NCBI GenBank assembly: GCA_903856995.1
Contig: CAIODK010000042.1
Location: 10,259 to 74,258, forward strand
Source: an uncultured Burkholderiales bacterium
Lineage (GTDB): Bacteria; Pseudomonadota; Gammaproteobacteria; Burkholderiales; Burkholderiaceae_C
Direction of reading: 5' to 3'
DNA length: 64,000 nucleotides
This document shows, one piece after another, positions 38,026 through 46,220 of the stretch (position 1 is the first letter of the stretch; every line of letters starts with the position of its first letter). The position numbers and the translations under genes are program-made. The notes beneath the pieces are model-generated. The model saw only the letters and a list, made by a program, of their open reading frames with translations, was not told the DNA's origin and did not search any database.

Positions 38026-39390
38026 ATGAGCGTCAACATCACATTCTTAGGCGGAACCGGGACAGTCACCGGTTCTAAATACTTGGTAGAGCACGGCGGC
38101 AAAAAACTGTTGATCGACTGCGGCTTATTTCAGGGCTTCAAACAGCTGCGATTACGCAACTGGAGCCCCATGCCCATTGAACCGGTGGAGGTGGATGCAG
38201 TCTTGCTCACCCACGCCCACTTGGACCACAGTGGCTACTTGCCACTGCTGTATCGCCAAGGCTTTCGTGGCTGCATTCACGCCACACCCGCGACCTGCGA
38301 TTTGTGTGCGATTTTGTTGCCTGACAGTGGTCACATTCAAGAAGAAGACGCGGCGTTTCTGAACCGCCACGGACTCTCCAAACATGACCCAGCCCTACCG
38401 CTGTACACCAAGCATGACGCCATCGTCACATTAGACCTACTTCGCCCAGAAGTGATGGGCAAAACCTTCTCACCCATACCGGGCTGGAAAGCCACGTTCT
38501 CGTCAGCGGGACACATCTTAGGGGCCGCCAGCATCCTGTTGGAAGTCGCAGACCGTCGTATTTTGTTCAGCGGTGATTTGGGTCGTCCGGATGACCTGAT
38601 CATGAAACCGCCAGACTTACCACCTGATGCCGAAACCGTGTTGATTGAGTCCACCTACGGCAACCGCGAGCATCCGCATGAAAATGTATTGGCAGAACTC
38701 GCCCCCGCTTTAAAGCGTGTGGCCGCACGCGGTGGCGTGGCGGTGGTACCAGTGTTTGCCGTTGGCCGCACACAAGCATTGTTGTACGCCATCTCACTTC
38801 TCAAAGAGCGCGGCGAGATTGCACACAGCTTGCCAATCTTCTTGGACAGCCCAATGGCGGTGCACACCACCGAATTGTTGCCACGGCACCCTGATGCGCA
38901 CCGCCTGCACAAAGATGCACTGCACGCCGTCAAGCACATTGCCACGATGGTGGAGACGCCCGAACAATCCAAGGCTTTGGCCAAGCGCCACGGTCCAATG
39001 GTAATTTTGTCCGCGAGTGGCATGGCGACAGGTGGCCGGGTGTTGCACCACTTAGCGCACTACTTGCCAGACCACCGAAACATGGTGATTCTCACCGGCT
39101 ATCAGGCACCCGGCACACGCGGTGCCACGCTCGCAAGCGGCGGTCAGGTACTGCGCATTCACGGTCAGGACATTGCAGTCCAAGCCGAAGTAGTGCAACT
39201 GGAATCCTCGTCAGCGCATGCGGATGCCACTCAGTTATTGGCTTGGCTCAAAAGCATGAAACATGCGCCCGATCAGGTGTATGTGGTGCACGGTGAACTC
39301 GAGGCCTCTGACGCCTTGCGGCAACGCATTGAGCGTGAATTGAAATTGCGTGTCGTCGTGCCTGAGCACGGTAGCACTTGGCCAACGTAA
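38026..39390 (+). CDS. MBL-fold beta-CASP ribonuclease family protein
   Basis: THAHLDHSG, AGHILG, FSGDLG, ESTYG, FAVGRTQ, SAHAD, VHGE motifs. Confidence 0.9.
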   Translation: MSVNITFLGGTGTVTGSKYLVEHGGKKLLIDCGLFQGFKQLRLRNWSPMPIEPVEVDAVLLTHAHLDHSGYLPLLYRQGFRGCIHATPATCDLCAILLPDSGHIQEEDAAFLNRHGLSKHDPALPLYTKHDAIVTLDLLRPEVMGKTFSPIPGWKATFSSAGHILGAASILLEVADRRILFSGDLGRPDDLIMKPPDLPPDAETVLIESTYGNREHPHENVLAELAPALKRVAARGGVAVVPVFAVGRTQALLYAISLLKERGEIAHSLPIFLDSPMAVHTTELLPRHPDAHRLHKDALHAVKHIATMVETPEQSKALAKRHGPMVILSASGMATGGRVLHHLAHYLPDHRNMVILTGYQAPGTRGATLASGGQVLRIHGQDIAVQAEVVQLESSSAHADATQLLAWLKSMKHAPDQVYVVHGELEASDALRQRIERELKLRVVVPEHGSTWPT

Positions 39391-41057
39391 TGTTTTTTAT
39401 GCGCTTCATGTTTCTAAATGCTCCCCTCCGTACGCAACGCTCCCCAGTCACCTTGGTGGTCTTAAGCAGTGTTTGGCTCGCCGTACTAGGCAACCTCGCA
39501 CTCTGGAAAACCTTGATAACCCTGCCCGACCTCACGGGCTGGCATGGCCTTGGTTTTGGGCTGGCATTCGCATTTGACATTGCCTGCCTCGTGGCTGCGG
39601 TTTTGTCATTGTTTGCATGGCACTTCACACTCAAACCTGCCATCACGGTGCTGTTGCTGCTGGCGGCGTTTGCCACACATTACATGCTGACCTATGGTGT
39701 GGTGGTGGATACACCCATGCTCATCAACGTGATTCAAACCGACACTCGCGAGGCGCGTGACCAGCTGAGTTGGCACCTGCTCGTGACGGTGATGGCGCTG
39801 GCAGTGCTGCCCATGGTGTGGCTATGGCGTCAACCGTTGACCCCAACAAGCATGGGGCAGCAAACCCTTCGCAATGCAGGATTGCTGATCGGTTCGTTGG
39901 CGTTGGCTTTTGGCACAACACAACTGATGTTTCAAGATTTTTCATCACTGATGCGCAACTACACCGAGATGCGCTACCAAATCAACCCACTCAACAGCAT
40001 CTACGCGGTGCTGGATATGACGGTGATCCCAGCCGAGCAGCCCCGAGGTCCCATGCAAAGTTTGGGACTCGACGCACGCATTGCACCACGCACAGGCAGC
40101 ACACCGCAACGCCCGCCGCTGCTCGTGTTTGTTTTGGGTGAGACGGCACGTAGCCAAAGCTTTTCGCTCAACGGGTATGCGCGCAACACCAACCCGCTGC
40201 TGGCCCAAGAGAACATCACCAGCTTCACAAACGTGACTTCCTGCGGCACCAGCACCGCAGAGTCGTTGCCTTGCATGTTCTCCCACCTTGGGCGCACCGG
40301 CTTCGCCAAACGCAGCAACGAGTTTGAAAACCTGCTCGACGTTCTCTACCATGCGGGCTATGCCGTGCTGTGGATGGACAACCAGTCGGGTTGCAAGAGC
40401 CAATGCGACCGCGTGCCTTACGTGAATACATCCAACCTGAAACTTCCCGAAACATGCGACGGTGACGAATGTCGAGACACGGTGATGCTGGCTCGCATCG
40501 ACGCAGAGCTGGCCAAACTCCCTGCCGAACGCCGCGCACGCGGCACGGTGGTGGTCATGCACCAAATGGGCAGTCATGGCCCTGCTTACTTCAAACGCAC
40601 ACCGGCATCATTCAAGCCATTCACCCCTGAATGCACCGACACCTCACTCTCTCAATGCGAACGTCCCCAAATCGTGAACGCATACGACAACACGATCGTC
40701 TTCACCGACTATTTCTTGTCACGGCTGGTGGGTTGGCTTAAAACACAAGACCAAACAAGCACACCGGCCATGCTCTATGTGTCCGACCACGGTGAGTCAC
40801 TGGGAGAAAAAAACATGTACTTGCATGGCCTTCCGTTCAGCGTGGCGCCACCTGAACAAACCACGGTACCTTTGATCACTTGGCTATCACCTGGCTTCGA
40901 GCAACTCAGTCACGTGAGCAAACGTTGCTTGCAAAACGACCGCAACAAGCCCTTGTCACACGACAACTTGTTCCATTCGGTACTGGGTTTGATGGCGGTG
41001 AAGACCACCGCCTACAAGCGTGAGCTTGATTTTTTTGCTACCTGCGAAGGCCGTTAA
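39390..41057 (+). CDS. eptA: Lipid A phosphoethanolamine transferase (EptA family)
   Basis: N-terminal TM helices; GETAR, CGTSTAESLPCMFS (catalytic Thr), GSHGPAY, SDHGESLGE, HDN motifs. Start uncertain (39390-39408). Confidence 0.9.
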   Translation: MFFMRFMFLNAPLRTQRSPVTLVVLSSVWLAVLGNLALWKTLITLPDLTGWHGLGFGLAFAFDIACLVAAVLSLFAWHFTLKPAITVLLLLAAFATHYMLTYGVVVDTPMLINVIQTDTREARDQLSWHLLVTVMALAVLPMVWLWRQPLTPTSMGQQTLRNAGLLIGSLALAFGTTQLMFQDFSSLMRNYTEMRYQINPLNSIYAVLDMTVIPAEQPRGPMQSLGLDARIAPRTGSTPQRPPLLVFVLGETARSQSFSLNGYARNTNPLLAQENITSFTNVTSCGTSTAESLPCMFSHLGRTGFAKRSNEFENLLDVLYHAGYAVLWMDNQSGCKSQCDRVPYVNTSNLKLPETCDGDECRDTVMLARIDAELAKLPAERRARGTVVVMHQMGSHGPAYFKRTPASFKPFTPECTDTSLSQCERPQIVNAYDNTIVFTDYFLSRLVGWLKTQDQTSTPAMLYVSDHGESLGEKNMYLHGLPFSVAPPEQTTVPLITWLSPGFEQLSHVSKRCLQNDRNKPLSHDNLFHSVLGLMAVKTTAYKRELDFFATCEGR

Positions 41058-41074
41058 GACAACACGCCTGGGGG

Positions 41075-41542
41075 TTACAAGAATCGGTCGAGCAGTTTTC
41101 GTGTGTGGCGGTCCAACGAAGGTAAGTCGCGAATCAAAAACTGCACGCCATGCGCATCTGCCACGATCAGCGTGTTTGTACTCAAACGACGGATATCTTC
41201 CTCGCCTTTGAGCACCAATTGCGTGGGGCCACGTGTGGTTTGCACGCGCCACACGCTGGGGGTGGAGAAACTGTTCACACCCTCCAAACTCAAAATCTCA
41301 GGCATAAATTCGCGAGCCTGCAAGGCTTGCGAGACGAGATCGCGCTCCCGCTCAGGCAAGTCATTGAGACTCTCCACCCACGCCAACTCTTTGCCTTCGG
41401 CGCTCAAGATGGAAATGTTTTGGTCAGGCGCCTTGATGGGGAACGCGCGGGCCACCACAGCACCCACATGCTTCGTACCATCGACCATGGTGACGACCAA
41501 TTTCCCAAAGGAGTCAAACGCTAAGGTGAATGCGGCACTCAT
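41075..41542 (-). CDS. DUF1854-like protein associated with the cyanophycin locus
   Basis: RAFPI, REFMPEI, WRVQTTRG, LKGEEDIRRL, LLDRFL; overlaps the ABC exporter stop. Confidence 0.8.
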   Translation of the reverse strand: MSAAFTLAFDSFGKLVVTMVDGTKHVGAVVARAFPIKAPDQNISILSAEGKELAWVESLNDLPERERDLVSQALQAREFMPEILSLEGVNSFSTPSVWRVQTTRGPTQLVLKGEEDIRRLSTNTLIVADAHGVQFLIRDLPSLDRHTRKLLDRFL

Positions 41543-43821
41543 ACGGATTCCTTGCTAGGACGCACCACGGCGTCTCCCGTGTTTTTGGCTTGGGCCTCAT
41601 ACAGGCGGTAGTAGGCGCCTTGACGCGCCATGAGCGTGTCGTGATCACCCTCTTCCACCACAACGCCCTGCTCCATCACCACCAAACGATCTGCTTTGTT
41701 GAGCGTCGACAAGCGATGTGCGATGGCAATCGTGGTGCGGCCTTGCACGAGGTTGTCCAACGCCTTTTGAATTTCTTGCTCGGTCTCGGTATCCACCGAT
41801 GCAGTGGCTTCATCCAAGATCAAAATGCGTGGGTTGATGAGCAAGGCTCGTGCAATTGAAATGCGTTGTCGTTCGCCACCCGATAAACCTTGGCCACGTT
41901 CACCCACCAACGAGTCATAGCCTTGCGGCAAACGCAGGATGAACTCGTGTGCATGCGCTGCACGTGCGGCTGCGACGATTTCTTCGCGTGTGGCATCGGG
42001 TTTGCCGTAGGCGATGTTGTCGGAGATTGTTCCGAAAAACAAAAATGGCTCCTGCAACACCATGCCGATGTGGCTGCGGAAGTCGGACAAGGAGATATTG
42101 CGAATGTCGATGCCATCCAACTTGATCGAACCTTCGCTTAGATCGTAAAAGCGACAAATCAGGTTGACCAAGGTACTCTTACCCGAACCACTTTGACCTA
42201 CCAACCCGATCATCTCTCCGGGTCGGATACTCAGGTTCATGCCACGAATCACCGCACGGTTGCCGTAGCGAAAGCCCGCATCTTGAATTTCGATATTGCC
42301 CTGCAACGGCACCGGCAGTTTTTGCGGGTGATGGGTCTCAGGGACGCTGGAGACGTGGTCCAAGATTTCAAAAATGCGTTTAGCCCCTGCCGCGGCCTTT
42401 TGGGTGTGCGAGACGATGCGACTCATGGAGTCAAGGCGCGTGTAGAAACGCCCGATGTAGGCCAAGAACGCAGCCAACACACCCACAGTGATTTGATGAT
42501 GAGACACCAACCAAATACCAATGCCCCACACCACCAACAAACCCAACTCTGTCATCAACGTGACGGTTGGCGAGAACAAGGACCACACAAAGTTGATGCG
42601 GTCATTCACAGCCAAGTTATGTTTGTTGGCATCACGGAAGCGATTGGCCTCACGCTGTTCTTGTGCAAAGGCTTTGACGACACGAATACCAGGAATGGTG
42701 TCAGCCAACACATTGGTCAACTCTGACCAGACACGGTCAATCTTCTCAAAACCAGTCCGCAACTTGTCACGCACCGTGTGAATCAGCCACACGATGAACG
42801 GCAGTGGTAGCAATGTGGCAGCCGCTAGCTTGGGATCAATGCTGATCAAAATGGATGCAGTCATGACGATCATGAGCACATCGGTCGCAAAGTCGAGCAA
42901 ATGCAGCGACAAGAACACGCAGATTCGATCGGTCTCAGCACCAATCCGGTTCATCAAATCACCCGTGCGGCGACCCCCGAAGTATTCGAGCGATAAACGC
43001 ATCAAATGCTCATAAGCCGTGGTGCGCAGATCGGCGCCAATGCGCTCAGACACCAAGGCCAAGATGTAGGTCTTAAGCCAGCCCAGACCCCAAGCCACCA
43101 AGGCCGCCCCCAACAAACCGCCCAAATACAAGGTCACCAGATCGTGGTCAATGTCTTTGCCATTTTGAAATGGGATGAGCACATCGTCCATCAGCGGCAT
43201 GGTCAAGTAAGGCGGGACCAAAGTGGCAGCGGTCGAAGCCAACGTCAACAAAAAACCCGCCAATAAGCGCCATTGGTATGGTTTGGCAAAGCGCCACAGT
43301 CGGAACAGGCCCCACGTCGACATGGGCGCGTGTTGTTCGCGACTACAGACGGGGCACTCATCGCCCGCATTTTCAAGCTGCAGTTTGCACTGAGGGCAAC
43401 GGGCCTGCGCCATGGATGCCAATGATTTGCCGTGGGTCAGCACCTCAATGCGGTCCGCAAACATCTCCTGCAAACGCATGGCCGTGACATTGTGGGTCAG
43501 TGTGAAGCGCCAATTGGCAAGACGCTGCGTTGCGTCGACCAAGCTGAGGGCACCCACACCCGCATGATCGGTGTGCATCATCTGCATGCCCGCAGTCAAT
43601 GGCCAAATGGTCCAAACAGGCGCGGAACCAACGGATTGGGACCCAAAAAGCACCCTTTGGTCTGTCACAATGAGAAACCCAAGTGAGAAATGCAATTGGG
43701 CGTTCAGGTCAACCTCTAGACAGGCTAGAACGTTTTCATGTGTAGACAGTTGTGCCAAAGCAGAAGTTCGCCAGCCTTCGGGCAAAACAACTTTGGTGGA
43801 AGCCGATAAAGAAGAATTCAT
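41539..43821 (-). CDS. ABC exporter-type fused permease/ATPase with N-terminal extension and CxxC-x10-CxxC motif (cyanophycin locus-associated)
   Basis: Walker A GQSGSGKS, signature LSGGERQR, Walker B ILILDE; TM domain; start placed at MNSSLS. Confidence 0.88.
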   Translation of the reverse strand: MNSSLSASTKVVLPEGWRTSALAQLSTHENVLACLEVDLNAQLHFSLGFLIVTDQRVLFGSQSVGSAPVWTIWPLTAGMQMMHTDHAGVGALSLVDATQRLANWRFTLTHNVTAMRLQEMFADRIEVLTHGKSLASMAQARCPQCKLQLENAGDECPVCSREQHAPMSTWGLFRLWRFAKPYQWRLLAGFLLTLASTAATLVPPYLTMPLMDDVLIPFQNGKDIDHDLVTLYLGGLLGAALVAWGLGWLKTYILALVSERIGADLRTTAYEHLMRLSLEYFGGRRTGDLMNRIGAETDRICVFLSLHLLDFATDVLMIVMTASILISIDPKLAAATLLPLPFIVWLIHTVRDKLRTGFEKIDRVWSELTNVLADTIPGIRVVKAFAQEQREANRFRDANKHNLAVNDRINFVWSLFSPTVTLMTELGLLVVWGIGIWLVSHHQITVGVLAAFLAYIGRFYTRLDSMSRIVSHTQKAAAGAKRIFEILDHVSSVPETHHPQKLPVPLQGNIEIQDAGFRYGNRAVIRGMNLSIRPGEMIGLVGQSGSGKSTLVNLICRFYDLSEGSIKLDGIDIRNISLSDFRSHIGMVLQEPFLFFGTISDNIAYGKPDATREEIVAAARAAHAHEFILRLPQGYDSLVGERGQGLSGGERQRISIARALLINPRILILDEATASVDTETEQEIQKALDNLVQGRTTIAIAHRLSTLNKADRLVVMEQGVVVEEGDHDTLMARQGAYYRLYEAQAKNTGDAVVRPSKESV

Positions 43822-44006
43822 TATTGGAATGTTGCTGCTTTCAATCGATGCAAATCGATGGACGGCGATAAAAAATAAAAGCAGGAGCCAGGACTTTGTT
43901 GCACCCCCGCACGTTTGCAAATGATTGTATCGCCGCAGCCTCGGAGGTCGCCGTGACGACCTCGATGTTTGCTATCGCTTCCGCCACCCAAATCCTCCGC
44001 TAAGTT

Positions 44007-46220
44007 ATGGCCTTCAAAGACATTCAAATCCTGCGCATGAACTACTTGCGCGGACCCAATATCTGGACCTACCGCCCCATCATCGAAGCACTGATCGACT
44101 TGGGCGAGATGGAAGACCATCCCTCCAACAAAATCGACGGCTTTAATGACCGCATCAACACTTGGTTGCCCGGTTTGGTCGAGCACCATTGCGGCGTCGG
44201 CCATCGTGGCGGCTTCTTGACTCGCTTGATTGGCGGCACATGGATGGGCCACATCATGGAGCACGTCTCCATCGAGTTACAGCTCTTGGCAGGCGCCCGA
44301 GCCGAATTTGGCAAGGCCCGTGAGATCAGCAAGCGCGGCATCTATAAAGTCGTATTTCGCACCGAGCATGAAGAGCTGGGCCGCGAAAGCTTCTTAGCCG
44401 CCCGCGAACTCGTCATGGCCGCAGCGAATAACTTGCCGTATGACATCACGGCCACGGTTGACCGTTTGAAGAAAATTGCTGACTTGCGTTGTTTAGGCCC
44501 GAGCACCGCGTGCATCGTCGATGCGGCGGTGGAACGCAAAACCCCCTTCATCCGATTGACAGAAGGTAATTTGGTGCAATTGGGCTACGGCTCACGCCAG
44601 CGTCGCATTTGGACAGCCGAGACTGACCGCACCAGTGCCATCGCTGAAAGTATCTCCAGCGACAAAGACTTAACCAAGCGTTTACTGACCCAATGTGGCA
44701 TCCCTGTGCCTGAAGGTCAAATCGTAAAAACCGCAGACGAAGCATGGGAAGCTGCACAAGATATCGGGTTACCCGTGGTGGTCAAACCCCTCGACGGCAA
44801 CCGTGGCTGGGGCGTTTCCCTCGACGTGAACACCGAAGAAGGCGTACGCAAAGCCTGGACCGCTGCTGAAAAAGAAGGCAGCGAGGTGTTGATCGAACGC
44901 TATGTGCGCGGAGATGAACACCGCGTGTTGGTGGTCGGCGACCGCGTGGTGGCGGCCACCCGTGGCGAGACGGCATGTATCACCGGAGACGGCACGTCAA
45001 CGGTAGAGCAACTGATAGACACACAAATCAACACCGACCCGCGGCGCGGCTTGGCCGAAGGCTTCCCCCTCGACCTGATTCGCTTGCACACAGCGCGCGG
45101 CGAAATGTCGCTGCTGGAAATCCAACGTCAAGGCTTGCAGCCTGATAGCGTGCCCGTCAAAGGTCGCATTGTGGTGGTGCAACGCAACGGCAACCTAAAC
45201 AACGATGTGACGGATCTGGTTCACCCCGACGTCGCTGCTGTCGCCACCCTCGCCGCACGCGTGGTGGGTTTGGACATCGCCGGCATCGACATCGTGACAC
45301 AAGACATCTCGCGACCACTGGAAGAAACTCACGGAGCCATCATTGAAGTCAATGCAGGTCCCGGCTTGCTGATGCACGTCAAGCCGGCTGTGGGTGAGCC
45401 TCGCCCTGTGGGCAAAGCGATCGTCGAACACCTGTTTGGCTCCAATGAATCTGGTCGAATTCCTGTCGTGGGCATTGTGGGTAGCAAGCAAACCACAGAG
45501 CTGTCGCAGTTGGTCGCTTGGTTGTTGCACCTCTCGGGTCGTCGCACAGGTTTGGCTTGCAAAGACGGCTTGTTCATGGACCAGCACCATTTGGGCAAAT
45601 ACGACGCACGCGGTTTTGAAACCTCAGAGCGTTTGCTCATCAACCGTGCGCTTGATGCCGCTGTGTTTGAAACAACGCCCGCCCATATCTTGGACGAAGG
45701 CTTGGCCTATGACCGTTGCTTGATCGGCGTGGTCACCAACATGCCCGACACGGATGACACGCTGATTGAAAAGCATGACATCCAAACCGCAGAACAAATG
45801 CGCACCGTGATTCGCACGCAAATCGACTTGGTTTTACCAGAAGGTGCCGCCGTACTCAACGCTGATGAAGAAGCGGTGACCACACTAGCCGAACTGAGCG
45901 ACGGTGAAGTCGTCTACTACGCCAAAGCCGAAGACAACGCCACCGTGATGGCGCACCTGCAGCAAGGGGGGCGCGCAGTGTTCTGCAAAGAAGGTCATGT
46001 CATCTTGGCACGCGGCGACCAAGAAACTCAGCTGTTCCACCTCGACCTCGAGTTGATTGCCCGTCTGCTTAAAAATGGTTTGCACATCTCCACGTTGTTG
46101 GCCACTGTTGCCACCGCATGGTCGCTGGATATTGCACCACTGCTCATTCGCGCTGGCTTGAAAAATTTCGGACAACAAAATCAACACGTTGCCAAAGACG
46201 TTGCAAGGATGAATGGCTAA
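44007..46220 (+). CDS. cphA: Cyanophycin synthetase paralogue (CphA'/CphA3'-like): intact N and ATP-grasp domains, degenerate truncated Mur-ligase domain
   Basis: LRGPNIW, Cx19HxxEH, LGPST, VVKPLDGN, EVNAGPGL; P-loop replaced by GSKQTTE; 737 aa. Confidence 0.88.
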   Translation: MAFKDIQILRMNYLRGPNIWTYRPIIEALIDLGEMEDHPSNKIDGFNDRINTWLPGLVEHHCGVGHRGGFLTRLIGGTWMGHIMEHVSIELQLLAGARAEFGKAREISKRGIYKVVFRTEHEELGRESFLAARELVMAAANNLPYDITATVDRLKKIADLRCLGPSTACIVDAAVERKTPFIRLTEGNLVQLGYGSRQRRIWTAETDRTSAIAESISSDKDLTKRLLTQCGIPVPEGQIVKTADEAWEAAQDIGLPVVVKPLDGNRGWGVSLDVNTEEGVRKAWTAAEKEGSEVLIERYVRGDEHRVLVVGDRVVAATRGETACITGDGTSTVEQLIDTQINTDPRRGLAEGFPLDLIRLHTARGEMSLLEIQRQGLQPDSVPVKGRIVVVQRNGNLNNDVTDLVHPDVAAVATLAARVVGLDIAGIDIVTQDISRPLEETHGAIIEVNAGPGLLMHVKPAVGEPRPVGKAIVEHLFGSNESGRIPVVGIVGSKQTTELSQLVAWLLHLSGRRTGLACKDGLFMDQHHLGKYDARGFETSERLLINRALDAAVFETTPAHILDEGLAYDRCLIGVVTNMPDTDDTLIEKHDIQTAEQMRTVIRTQIDLVLPEGAAVLNADEEAVTTLAELSDGEVVYYAKAEDNATVMAHLQQGGRAVFCKEGHVILARGDQETQLFHLDLELIARLLKNGLHISTLLATVATAWSLDIAPLLIRAGLKNFGQQNQHVAKDVARMNG

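Noticed and set aside
38026-39390. Beta-lactamase or anti-phage nuclease
   Set aside because: Motifs fit the widespread beta-CASP RNase family, and there are no defence-system partner genes.
39390-41057. Mobile colistin resistance (mcr) gene
   Set aside because: No IS or plasmid context; cannot be distinguished from chromosomal eptA without a phylogeny.
44007-46220. First cphA as a pseudogene or frameshifted copy
   Set aside because: Uninterrupted 737-aa ORF with conserved N and ATP-grasp motifs and its own complete downstream paralogue.
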